Assembly (NCBI RefSeq): GCF_006345805.1
Contig: NC_043005.1
Span: forward strand, 72,044,001 to 72,108,000
Reading direction: 5' to 3'
Length of the DNA stretch: 64,000 nucleotides
From: Octopus sinensis
Taxonomy: Eukaryota
Made by a program: the position numbers and the translations under genes. This document shows positions 40,400-51,997 of this stretch, piece by piece. The notes under the pieces were generated by a model that was given only the letters and a program-made list of their open reading frames with translations, had not been told where the DNA came from and made no database searches. Every line of letters starts with the position of its first letter. Position 1 is the stretch's first letter.

Positions 40400-41175
40400 C
40401 CATCATGACTACGTGTCTGATAAGGGTACACCAGGCACATACATTAAAACCATATGTGTGCAACATGGTGATCTCATATCAAGATAAACAGTGCATGGCC
40501 TTGCAGGTGCGGCTGAGTTAGAATTTTCTTCACGTTGAGTAGCCCATTCTGCTCAAAAGTTCACTGAATAAGGCAGGGCCAGATTAAGACCCATCGCACT
40601 TAAAAGATTTCGGTGCTCCCATAAAAGATTATGTAATTCAAAATATAAACAATAAAAAACCATAAAATGGATTTTTATTTTTCGAAAGGAAACAAAACAG
40701 TAAGAGGGAAAATAATGTTTATTTTTGTGTACTTTTACTTTATTTATATATGAAAACTTTCGTCCTACTTTTTGAATTGCAAAGTCTTTGATCAGATTCC
40801 CAAAATTAATCTTTGGTACTACATTTGCATCTATACTTAGTAGAGATAAAGGCATACCGGATATTTTTTAGCAAGTTTAAAGTGATTTCTTTTGTACTGT
40901 AAACCAGTTACCATTCTGTGGTGTTTATTTTGCTTAATGGTTAATCCAGTGCAGGAATAAGGTTTGTTTAAGGATGCTGAATTAAACATCCATGCCTCCA
41001 GAGGTGATTTATTCATACCGCACAGAATTCCTCTGAGTACATGGCCATGATGCTCCTCTATTACTTCTGCTCAAGGTCAGAGATGCACATATTGTCAGCC
41101 ACCAAGGGACATGCTCAACTGGTTATGGTCAAACAACTGACAAGCAAATCTGTGGTATTGAGCAGAATATTTGCT
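40400..41175 (+). mobile_element. Retroposon 3' region interrupted by a MITE
   Basis: 3' part homologous to 11597-11705; followed by (TTA)n. Confidence 0.6.
40574..40954 (+). mobile_element. hAT-like MITE (381 bp)
   Basis: Perfect 8-bp TSD GAATAAGG at 40566-40573 and 40955-40962; CAGGGCCAGATTAAG left end, degenerate right TIR (9/15). Confidence 0.7.
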
Positions 41176-41194
41176 TGTGCCCATAACAGAAAGG

Positions 41195-41238
<44 letters not shown>

Positions 41239-41449
41239 GATCCCTAGTTTGAGAAATACATCAATACTTTAAGAATTTTGTACATGATGAAAAGCTTGCT
41301 TTTGATCTTAGCTCAAAATACTGCATCGGATTAATCTAACAATATTTATAGATCAAAGTGATCTTTTCATTGATCCATTCACAGTTGATAAAAATATACA
41401 CCAGTTGTGTTATTTCTCTGCCAGTCTATGATATTATGCCATTATTCTG

Positions 41450-41700
41450 AAAGGAAGGCATCTCTGGAAGGCTGAGCAAAGATGACAAATGCTTACATCA
41501 CCAACCTTTATTACTGCCTGGCCATCTTGCGTTATTCCAGTTTTCTTCTGGCCATAATGGAGGACCAGCTCTTTCATTTCTGGTGGAAGAAATGTGTTCC
41601 AAAGTTCAGAATGTCCCCTCTGCTACAAATATGGAAGCTTAGGTATATCATAGCTGAGGTCACTTAAGCATGTGCTGGAGACAATGGCATTTCAAGAGAT
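41450..41700 (+). mobile_element. Tx1/L1-type LINE ORF2 relic
   Basis: SLEG*AKMTNAYITNLYYCLAIL...MEDQLFHFWWK.CVP resembles the post-RT LSL.GR....N......YY.......E..LF.FLW segment. Confidence 0.6.
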
Positions 41701-41769
41701 TTAGAAGTTACAGGATAATGAGTGGATTTGGTTGCCATTTATCAACTCTAATTGAACCAAATTCGATGA

Positions 41770-42120
41770 CTGACACTTCTGCTGGTGACACATGAAAAAA
41801 CATTCGAGCAAGGTCGTAGCCAGTGCTGCTGGACTGACTCCTGTGCAGGTGGCATGTAAAAAACACCATTTTGAGCATGGCTGTTGCCAGTACTGCCAGA
41901 CTGGCCCTCGTGCAGGTGGCACGTAAAAGCATCCACTACACTCTCAGAGTGGTTGGCGTTAGGAAGGGCATCCAGCTGTAGAAACTCTGCCAGATTAGAT
42001 TGGAGCCTGGTGCAGCCATCTGGTTCACCAGTCCTCAGTCAAATCGTCCAACCCATGCTAGCATGGAAAGCAAACGTTAAAGTATGATGATGATAATGAT
42101 GATGATGATGATGATGATTC
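41770..42120 (+). mobile_element. Retroposon family R
   Basis: Three internal units plus the (GAT)n tail. Confidence 0.8.
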
Positions 42121-42434
42121 TAGGTGTAACAAAGACCAAGATTTGGCACATGGCATATAAAAGGTTGACAGGTGCTTACAATATTTGGTAAAGCTTTTAT
42201 GGGTGATGGGGTCAGCATTTTTGTGTCTCCTATATAAGTCTATACAGGTTGTTTTGCCAAGGTGGTGGTAGTAATCTCAAAGGCTCCATCAGGTAGCATA
42301 CACTCCAGCTATGCTACTGTCATTTGCTCCAAGTATTCAGGTTATTCTTTGATCTCTGTGGTACTTTGTTTGATCATAGGTGGTATCTTCCTAAAGAAAA
42401 ATCGCATTCCATTCTTTTGGTAAACTACTATCAT

Positions 42435-42673
42435 GGTGTAGTGGTTAAGAGCACGGGCTACTAACCCCAAGATTCCGAGTTCGATTCCAAGCAGTGACCT
42501 GAACCTTAACAATAATAATGATAATAATAACATCGAAAAATACCTTAGGAATGAGAACCCAGGTTCGAAATTTCCCCAAGACAGCTGAAGAAGGCTGGAG
42601 GGTATATCAGCCGAAACGTTGTGTTGACAATAAACAAGATGAGGACAAATATCCGTCGAATGTAAATAATGTC
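42435..42673 (+). mobile_element. tRNA-headed SINE carrying a hammerhead motif
   Basis: A-box (T)GGTGTAGTGG, B-box AGTTCGATTCC 42478-42488, (AAT)n linker; 7-bp TSD CTATCAT at 42428-42434 and 42674-42680. Confidence 0.8.
42580..42625 (+). ncRNA. Minimal type I hammerhead ribozyme-like motif
   Basis: CTGAAGA 42585-42591, extra A, GGCTG/CAGCC stem II, GAAAC 42613-42617, ACGT palindrome, GUU site; stem I has a G-G mismatch at the first pair. Confidence 0.65.
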
Positions 42674-42699
42674 CTATCATTTTATTTTTTTTTTTACTT

Positions 42700-43076
42700 G
42701 TTTCAGTCATTAGACTGTGGCCATGCTGGGGCACCACCTTGAAGAATTTTTAGTCAAATGAATTGGCTGCTGCACTTTATTCTCTTAAGCCTGTTACTTA
42801 TTCTACCAGTCTCTTTTTGCTGAACTGCTAAGTTACAGGGTTGTAAGCACACTAAGACTGGTTGTCAAGTAGTTGGAGGTAGGGGACAAATACAGAGAAA
42901 CATACACACACACACACATATATGATTGTCTTCTTTCAGTTTCAGTCTATGACTTCCACTCACAAGGCTTTGGTTGACCCAAGGCTCTAGTTGAAGACAT
43001 TTGGCCAAGATTCTGCTCAGCAGAACTGAACCAGGAACCATGTGGTTGGGAAGCAAGCTTCTTATCACACAGCTAC
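42700..43076 (-). mobile_element. SINE family C, degraded
   Basis: Reverse complement colinear with 1121-1515. Confidence 0.8.
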
Positions 43077-43605
43077 ATCACAGTCTTACAAAATTCCCTC
43101 ACCATTTTAAGTAATTTGTCTTCATAACATCACCTCATCAGTGACCCTTATGACAAAGAAATTATCATAAATACCTTTATTGTCACTTACTACATCATGT
43201 AATCACTCACAGAATGGGAATCATAGAATTACTCATAGAATTTTTATTGCCCAGCAGATGTTGCCGTAAGCCACTTATCGTGTATTGAATCTCACATAAA
43301 TTAGAGTCTTATAGCAAAAAACACATTTATTATTGTCTAGTATTTTTGAGTTGCTGGAGAGGCTGTAATATATTTTTAAGAATTTAGTGTATGGCTAGGC
43401 TCTACCAGTGATCAGAATAGATGTTATTTTGCATAGATATCCCTATGAAAGGCATGGATATCACAACTTCCCTCCCAGCACCATCTGTATGATCCTGAAT
43501 ATTTTTATCTTTTTAAATTGCAATCATTAATATGATTAGTGTTATAGAAACAGAGTAATAATACAAACATAAACAGTTTTTATCATATACCCACATACAG
43601 ATATA

Positions 43606-43742
<137 letters not shown>

Positions 43743-44333
43743 ATATATAAAAGTGAATTATTCTCAGTGCCTCACATAATGCATAACGGTTTGATATTAT
43801 TTGTATTCCTGATAGCATGATATCCCTATCTATATTATCAATCAATTTTCCAAAGTAGTCATTTCATAGAGCATTGCAAGACTACTGATAAAAAAAAAAG
43901 AGCAAACACACACAAACAAGTAAACAAAAAAAAATTGTGCATTTCATTTTGCAGCTTGCATTATTTTCCCTCATTGCATTGATTCATTATGTATATGTGC
44001 ATGTGCTGTTTTCTACAGGTGCATTGAGAGGACAAAATAATCACTCTAAAATGCATACGTACATATGTGTGTTCGTGTATGCATATATATATATATATAA
44101 TATATATATGTACATGTATATATGTATATATATATACGTATATTTATATATTATATATATATATATATATACATATATATATGTATATATACATATATAT
44201 ATGTATATATACATATATATATGTATATATACATATGTATATGTATATATACATATGTATATGTATATATACATATATATATGTATATATACATATCTAT
44301 CTATATATACATATATATGTATATATACATGTG

Positions 44334-44366
<33 letters not shown>

Positions 44367-44833
44367 ATACATATATATGTTTATATATGTATATATATAT
44401 ATATGTATATATGTGCTTGTATATATGTGTGTCTGTGTGGGTGTATGTATGTTTTATTATTATTCTTTCCTTCAATATAAATGAGCAAATATTCCACATT
44501 ATATGCTTCATGTGGAGAGAGAAAAATAATCAATAAAAGAAACAATGAAATGGTAAAACATATTCTGGTGGCAGCTGATTTAGATGGTGCTATTGTATCT
44601 TAAACAGAAACGATGAAGTTTTTGGAAGATTGAGCTCAATAAAATTAAAGATTAAATATAATCTTAACTCCTCCAAGGCAAAATTTAAAAATAAATATTT
44701 CTGATAAGGATTTGAGTATTAAATTGTGTAAAATGTCTTTTCAATAAAATTTTTTGAAGTTATGCATTAAAATTAGTGTTTAAAAATACTGAAAAACTGT
44801 GTGTAAGGGATGAAAAGAATATAAATTTCTTGC

Positions 44834-44895
<62 letters not shown>

Positions 44896-45147
44896 CATAT
44901 ATATACATATATATATATACACACATATATATATATATAATATATATATATATCTATATATATATATATTATATATATATATACACATATATATATGTAT
45001 GTATATATGCATGAATGTGATGTATATGTATGTTTCTGCATGTATACATATTCACACGAGCACACATACTCCCACGTGTATATGAATGAGTGAGCGAATG
45101 AAAAGAAGTGGAACTCAGCACATTTGGCAGAAGTTGCACGTATGTTT

Positions 45148-45314
45148 TAATAAAAATTTGATTCGACTCCATAGGAATTAACTTGAAGTTTCGTGGACAT
45201 GTAGGATGTATCCTTCTCATCTGATGCTTGGAGGCTCTAGCATCTGAAGAGATGAACAAATCCTATTGGCCATCAGAACTTCAAGTCATGTGGAGCTGAG
45301 TCAAACTGTTATTA
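45148..45314. ncRNA. Head-to-head inverted pair of degenerate hammerhead-like units
   Basis: + unit: CTGAAGA 45244-45250, GATG/CATC, GAAC, GTC; - unit: CAGATGA, GAAAC; arms homologous around a 10-nt spacer. Confidence 0.55.
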
Positions 45315-45335
45315 AATATATACATATATATACAT

Positions 45336-45714
45336 GTGGAGGCGCAATGGCCCAGTGGTTAGGGCAGCGGTCTCGCGGTCGTAGGATCATGGTTTCGATT
45401 CCCAGACCGGGCGTTGTGAGTGTTTATTGAGCGAAAACACCTAAAGCTCCATGAGGCTCTGGCAGGGATGGTGGTGATCCCTGCTGTACTCTTTCACCAC
45501 AACTTTCTCTCACTCTTACTTCCTGTTTCTCTTGTACCTGTATTTCAAAGGGCCAGCCTTGTCACTCTATGTGTCATGCTGAATATCCCCGAGAACTGCG
45601 TTAAGGGTACACGTGTCCGTGGAGTGCTCAGCCACTTACACATTAATTTCACGAGCAGGCTGTTCCGTTGATCGGATCAACCGGAACCCTCGTCGTCGTA
45701 ACCGACAGAGTGCT
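45336..45714 (+). mobile_element. SINE: head/body A + tail X, young
   Basis: TGGCCCAGTGG A-box, GTTTCGATTCC B-box, CpGs retained, AATATATACATATAT on both flanks. Confidence 0.9.
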
Positions 45715-45740
45715 TCCAATATATACATATATGTAGAGTC

Positions 45741-45940
45741 ACCATGATAGATCGTTAGCCACAACACACATATTTTTTCTCTCCTCATTTCTCTCCTTGT
45801 TTTTTCTGTGTCCCTTTCTGTAGAAGAGCATAGGCTCGAAACATAAAAGACTTTTTCTATTCCTGAGTGTTATACTAATACATCTGTTTGTTTTGTACAC
45901 CACCTGTCTTCGTCTTTTGTTTTTTCGTAAACTCTCCCTA
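45741..45940 (+). mobile_element. Family H3 short element with variant hammerhead-like motif (45814-45849)
   Basis: CTTT CTGTAGA A GAGC ATAG GCTC GAAAC ATA AAAG; ends in (TA)n; 3 copies in window. Confidence 0.75.
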
Positions 45941-46025
45941 TATATATATATATATATAAGAATTTTTTTGCGTAATAAGATAAAAAACCAAAGCTGTATA
46001 GATATTAGAGAATTTATAGATAGAA

Positions 46026-46078
46026 GGTCTTACAGCTGTTTCTAGGATGTCAATTAATAATATCCCTTCATCGAAGAC
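46026..46078 (-). ncRNA. Degenerate hammerhead-like motif
   Basis: Minus strand: GTCT TCGATGA A GGGAT..ATCCT A GAAAC AGCT GTA AGAC; core mutated from CTGATGA. Confidence 0.55.
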
Positions 46079-46317
46079 AGTATGAGAGGAAAGTTGTCAT
46101 AGTTATATATATATATATATTTATATATATGTATATATATAAATGTGAGAAAAGGTTGTGTTCTATTTCATTCTTTATTTTGTGGGGTTCCAAAATTAGA
46201 TTTCTAATAAAGATTCTTCATATTAAATTGGTAGCTTACTATTGTAAGTATTTTTCAAATATGAAAATGCTACAGGTATAAGGTGTGTTATGAACATTTA
46301 TCAAACACGTATCCTAT

Positions 46318-46448
46318 AGAAACTCAACAAACAATTACAGATGGAGAAGAGAAGGTGTTAAAAGTTTTATAAAATTTTAATCCATGGATTAAAATTTTAT
46401 AAAACTTCTAACACCTTCTCTTCTCCATCTTTAATTGTTTGAGTTTCT
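46318..46448. repeat. Spacerless palindrome: 46-bp arms (46339-46384 / 46385-46430), imperfect extension to ~65 bp
   Basis: One mismatch (46361 A vs 46408 C) in the 46-bp core. Confidence 0.95.
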
Positions 46449-47975
46449 GTATTTCCTAAGGGCCCTCAGCAGTGTCCAAGTCTTGCAACTACAGAGCAAA
46501 ACAAGAAGGGCCAGAAACCGGAATGCCTGAACCATTGTCCCTTGATCAGGTATCAGTGTGTGTGTGTGTTGGCTGATGCCTGTGCCACCTGACTGGCACC
46601 CATGCCAAAAGCATGTAAAAAGCACCATTCAAGTGTGATCGGTGCCAGTGCTAGAGGCAAAGAAGAAGCACAATTTGAGCATAGTTGATGCCGGTGCCAC
46701 CTGACTGGCTCCCATGCTGGTGGCACATAAAAAGTACCATTCGAGTGTGGTTGATACCATATATAACTGTATATAATTTATATCATAATGGTATTTAATC
46801 TCCAATTTTAAAGTGACAATTTTTAAATATAAACAAATGACTGAAAAATGATGAGTTAACCTCAGGCTGAATTGAACCCACAAATCGTAGCTGTCATGGC
46901 TCCATGTGAATCTGATTGGCCAAACGCTCACCCATCAATGAATTATTATACTATGAGTCTTCCATAGTAGCTTTCTCTCCGTAACTTGCAAAGCCTTTCG
47001 GGTTTGTCTATAAAAATATTATTTATATATATATATATGAATTTTGTTCCCTGATGTATGTCCAAATGTAGTCAGAGAGAAATAGAATTGAATTAGCATA
47101 ACTTCTTACAGTTTTTTATTGCCCCTGAAGGGATGAATGACAATCAGTTGCCAATGGGATATGAACTCAAACTCTGAAGGTATGAAACTAAATGGTTTAT
47201 AATCATTTCTGCCAAGTGTCTGTCTATTGAAATGAATATGAACAGCTAATATTCATCATAAAGTGTTTTTTTCCTATCTTACCACCTTGCTGTTTTATTT
47301 AGCTTTACTTGATATAAAAACACATTAAAGTAGGTATAGAAAGAAATAACTACTCATTATAGAATTGTTTGTCAAAGTTGTGGAGTTGTTGAGGCTGAAG
47401 TTATCTAATAAAATTCATTAGAATTCTTAATGGGAATTGAAAATCTAATTTCTTGAAGCTCTCTCACGGCAAGAGTTGGGTTTATATTGTATATAAAACA
47501 ATGAAATGTTTTGTCTTAAAGTGGCATTGTTTTCATTATAGTTTGTCAGAACTGAAATTTTACTGATTGTTGTTGTTGTTGTTGCTGTTGCTATACAGCC
47601 CATGGTCATTTGTGAATTTGTAGACTGATAGCAGGCAGGTAGTTGACCAAGTGACTAGGCATAATTTACAAATGTGTAATTTCAGTTATACCATGTCTCT
47701 GCCAAGCTGGGGACTACACCGACAGTCTAACAGTCTAGAAATGCATTCTCTATGCTATCCAGTCTCCTTTGATATGAATTCACCTGAGGTCATGCATTGT
47801 TCTATGCTGCAAGTTTTCTGTTTTAACATGATCTGAATTAAAATCATTACTTTATGTAATGAGCACTGTATGTAGATGTTGAAGTTATCATACCGAATTC
47901 TTCCTTTTCAAAATGAATTAAAACAATGGCAATGTATGTCATTAGAATTATGGTATCAAAAGTATTGAGTTTGTA

Positions 47976-48529
47976 TTGGGTTGTCCAGAAAGTTCGTGCT
48001 GATTTATAGTAGCTTACCTTTCAACTTATTTTAGAACATGGTTGAGTCCATAAAATATGATTTGACTACACCTCCATTTAGAGCACAGTTTAAGCTGTCT
48101 TTTCGAGGAAGAAGATTTATGTTCCTATAACCTTTGTTAATTCTGTAACCCTTTAAAATGGAAGATAAGAAAGTTCATTTTCGGCACTTGATGCTTTGGA
48201 AACCAGACAAAAATTGCTGCAGCTCGGCTGGGATGTGTTACTCCAACCCTCCATATTCACCAGATATAGCTCCTTTGGATTTCCACTTATTCAGGTCTCT
48301 GCAGAATAGTCACCCAATTCCTTGGATGACGTTTAAAGATACCTTGATGAATTCTTTACCATGAAGCCACCTCACTTCTTAGAAGAGGGTATTTTCAAGT
48401 TAAAGGAAAGATGGAGATGCATTGTGCAACAAAATGGTTCATATTTGGTTGATTAAAAATGTAATGGCAAGTATTTATTGACCTTTTACTTTCCTTTAAA
48501 AATCGGCACGAACTTTCCGGACATCCCAA
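47976..48529 (+). mobile_element. Internally deleted mariner element (554 bp)
   Basis: 30-bp TIRs (27/30), TA on both sides; MEDKKVHFRHLMLW fused to KLLQLGWDV..PPYSPDIAPLDFHLFRSLQN and GIFKLKERWRCIVQQNGSYLVD*. Confidence 0.95.
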
Positions 48530-49898
48530 TATATTCATATATCAACCATGACAGGGGTGGGAAAAAAGATTTTCAGTACTTATCACTTGCTGGTACCTAC
48601 CTATACCAAACTAAAGGCTATATTCCTTATCAAAGTCTCACAATTCAAAACTTTTTACCCAATTCAAAGCCTTATATGTCCAGTTCAAAACCTTGACCAA
48701 GTCAAGATGTTATATGAAATCCAAGACATTATGACCAATCCTGGATCACTGATTTATCGATCACTCATTTTCTTATTGTAGAAATTAATTGCATGGATAA
48801 GTTCTTGAAATCTTTTCCTGTGTTTCTCTGTTCCTTACTTATTATATTTCCAGTAGCTGTGTTCCATCTATTTTAGCCAGCTGAATGAATAATGCTAAAG
48901 CATAGAAGCGTATTGCAATTTACTGTGAATAATTAGCATAAGTTATCTATTGGCTTCCTCTTCATTTTACATTTACTCTTGAGTTTCACAAATAAAAATA
49001 AGTAAATTAATAAATAAATAACAAAACAGAATGAAATATATAAATATCTTTCAATTTGTGGTTGGTTTTATTTTCAAAACTTTTTTCTAAAAAAAACTAT
49101 AAAAGCATAATAATATCAGTGCAGCAGAGGAAAAATATACAAAAAAAGCAAAAATTTAAAAACATGTGTAAAATAGGAAAAAACCTGTTAGGTTTCAATT
49201 TTTGTTTCTGGAAAAGATGCATTAGAGAAAATTAATTATTATCAAACTGTTTCTGGTGCTTTCTTTAATATCCAATTAGAACAAAATAATGATAGTCTTC
49301 ATTACTTTATTATATGTATCATGCATTTTTGTATACAAAGCACATGCGTATATGGGTATCTAGGTATGCATGTGTATGTATGTATGTATGTATATATATG
49401 CTGGCATGTGTATGTATGTATTTGGAAGCTTGCAAGATCTATACTCTCGTTGTATGCTGTGTATTTGTGCAGAAATTCAAAAGTGGTTGCAGATGTGTGT
49501 GTTGTTAGTAATTTAAGCAGCCCTATATACACACACTACTGAACTTGTGTGTGTACATTTACCTTTGAAACTTTTATGTAAGACTGTGTATCTATTATAT
49601 TGTGTTTTGGGAGTGTTTATGGGTTTGTGGTTCAGATAATCACTCCTGAGCTATATGGTCCTTGGGCAATTGTTTTCTACTAAATCTTTGGGCTGTCTAA
49701 AATCTTGTCAGAGGGTTTGGCTGGGGAAGACTAAAAGAAGCCCATATCTGTGTTAATGTATGTATCATCATCATCGTTTAACATCCACTTTCCATGCTCT
49801 AATCTGATCTGGTAATGTTTCTACATCTGGATGCTCTTCCTAATGCCATACATGTATATGTGTGTGCGTGCATGTATATATATGTATATATATGTGTG

Positions 49899-49931
<33 letters not shown>

Positions 49932-49985
49932 TTATATATGCATATATATGTGTGTATATTGTATATATATATTGTATATACATAT

Positions 49986-50047
<62 letters not shown>

Positions 50048-50048
<1 letters not shown>

Positions 50049-50352
50049 GAAGGCACATGGCTCAGTGGTTAGAGCATCGAGCTTACGATCGTGAAGTTGT
50101 GAGCTCGAATCCCGGACCGAGCTGCGTGTTGTGTTCTTGAGCAAGACACTTTATTTCACGTTGCTCCAGTTCACTCAGCTGTAGAAATGAGTTGTGACGT
50201 CACGAGTGCCAAGCTGTATCGGCCTTTGCCTTTCCCTTGGATAACACTGGTGGCATGGAGAGGGGAGGCCGGTATGCATGCCCAGACCTGTGACTAGGAG
50301 GGTAACTTTCTAGGTGCAATTCCATGGTCAGTGTCGTGACCGAAGGGGGTCC
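50048..50352 (+). mobile_element. SINE: head/body B + third tail Z
   Basis: Head and body as 36641-36960; different 3' half ending GTGACCGAAGGGGGTC. Confidence 0.8.
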
Positions 50353-50454
50353 CAGATCCGGATATGCATATAGATAGATACGTGCATATATACATACATA
50401 CACACATACATACATACATACATACATACATACATACATACATACAGAAGAATA

Positions 50455-50815
50455 GCTGTGGGTTAAGAGGTTTGCTTCCCAGCCACATGGTTCTGGGTTC
50501 AGTCCCACCGTGTGGTACCTTAGGCAAGTATCTTCCAGTATTACCCTAGGTTGATCAAAGCCTTGCGAGTGGATTCGTTTTGAGAAAACTGAAAGGAATC
50601 CTTTGTTTGTGTGTGTTTGTGTCTACTTGTCTTCGTACAGTGTGTAGATGTGAATAATTGTCATCGTGATATAAGCTGTGCCATTCGTTTCCAATAAACA
50701 GTGAAAACATGTCGTCATGGGGAATATTACTTTACTTGGAAACAAGTAAAGGTTGGCGGCAATAATAAGGGTCTCTGACCATAGAAAAATCTGCCTTAAT
50801 TAACTCTGTCCAACA
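50455..50815 (+). mobile_element. SINE family C head with an RTE-like alternative tail
   Basis: CORE head, then GGAAACAAGTAAAGGTTGGCG.. tail also seen at ~39040-39180(-). Confidence 0.6.
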
Positions 50816-50964
50816 GAGAGTATTATATAAATAGACATATTCATATTCCTACTGCATATCCACAATTTTTTCAGCAAATCCAATGTTCACTTGATAAACT
50901 GATATCAATATATGTCCCCTAGACATTATTGTCTTTAGTATGAGTATTAAAATTGCACCTTTCT

Positions 50965-51198
50965 TATTTCTTTATTGCCCACAAGGGGCTAAACATAGAG
51001 GGGACAAACAAGGACAGACAAAGGGATTAAGTCAATTACATCGACCCCAGTGCGTAACTGGTACTTAATTTATCGACCCCGAAAGGATGAAAGGCAAAGT
51101 TGACCTCGGCGGAATTTGAACTCAGAACGCAACAGCAGACAAAATACCGCTAAGCATTTCACCCGGTGTGCTAATGATTCTACCAGCTTGCCACCTTT
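50965..51198 (-). mobile_element. SINE family M, full length
   Basis: Near-identical to 14366-14598. Confidence 0.9.
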
Positions 51199-51214
51199 CA
51201 CCCTTTTGCCAACC

Positions 51215-51367
51215 CATGTTGAGCTAGTGTGGCAGAATAGGCTCATCAAACCAGTGTGATCTCAAGTCATTATCTGGTGGAGAGAACATGCTGAGGCCTC
51301 CGTCCTGCAGTGGACTGAACATGGGTTATCCAATCCAATCCAATCCAATCCAATCCAATCCAATCCA
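51215..51367 (+). mobile_element. RTE-type 3' end with (ATCCA)n tail
   Basis: GAGGCCTCCGTCCTGCAGTGGAC immediately before about 8 ATCCA units. Confidence 0.6.
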
Positions 51368-51616
51368 GTACATACTTATTTAGATCTGTGCCTGACAAGT
51401 TTTACTTCAGATTTGTGGGTAGTGCAGCAATTGCTATGGCTGGAGTGACAATTCCAGCTACAGATAGTGTCTGTTGGTCTTCTCATGATGCCATTTCTTC
51501 AACAGCAAAGTATAGAACCTTTGTACCATCCTACTGAAAATTGTTGGAAGATTATACCTCAAGTGCCAGAGTGGATTTATGGAGACTTGGAATATATATA
51601 TATATATATATATAAA

Positions 51617-51956
51617 TTCCACCTCGGCATCCAAAACTCAGAGTTTTATCTTGCCTACCGAATAATTGTCACATATTATATTTACAGATAAATTCCTCTA
51701 TTTACATAATATTGAGGTCTCTTTCTTTCGTTTTTATCTTACCGTTTTTACCAATAAATTACCTCCCAAACGACACTATTCTTCACTAAGAGCTAATACG
51801 GCTTTTTTTGGATAATCGCCAGACATCGGTTGAGGACTCTAGCACACAGATGGCCAGATAACTGAAGAGATGGTGGTGTGGATTTCCACCTCGGCATCTG
51901 AAACTCAGAGTTTTATCTTGGCTACCAAATAATTGTCACATATTATATTTACAGAT

Positions 51957-51957
<1 letters not shown>
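51617..51957 (+). mobile_element. Retrozyme/pseudo-LTR-like unit: 267-bp period, 74-bp terminal direct repeats
   Basis: Repeats at 51617-51690 and 51884-51957, both ends in (TA)n; hammerhead-like motif 51852-51923. Confidence 0.75.
51852..51923 (+). ncRNA. Type I hammerhead ribozyme-like motif
   Basis: AGATAA CTGAAGA, 13-bp imperfect stem II (GATG..CATC), T, GAAA, ACTC-A-GAGT, T, TTATCT. Confidence 0.65.

Positions 51958-51997
<40 letters not shown>

Noticed and set aside
44165-44330. 20-bp periodic palindromic AT/GT array
   Set aside because: Ordinary higher-order microsatellite variation
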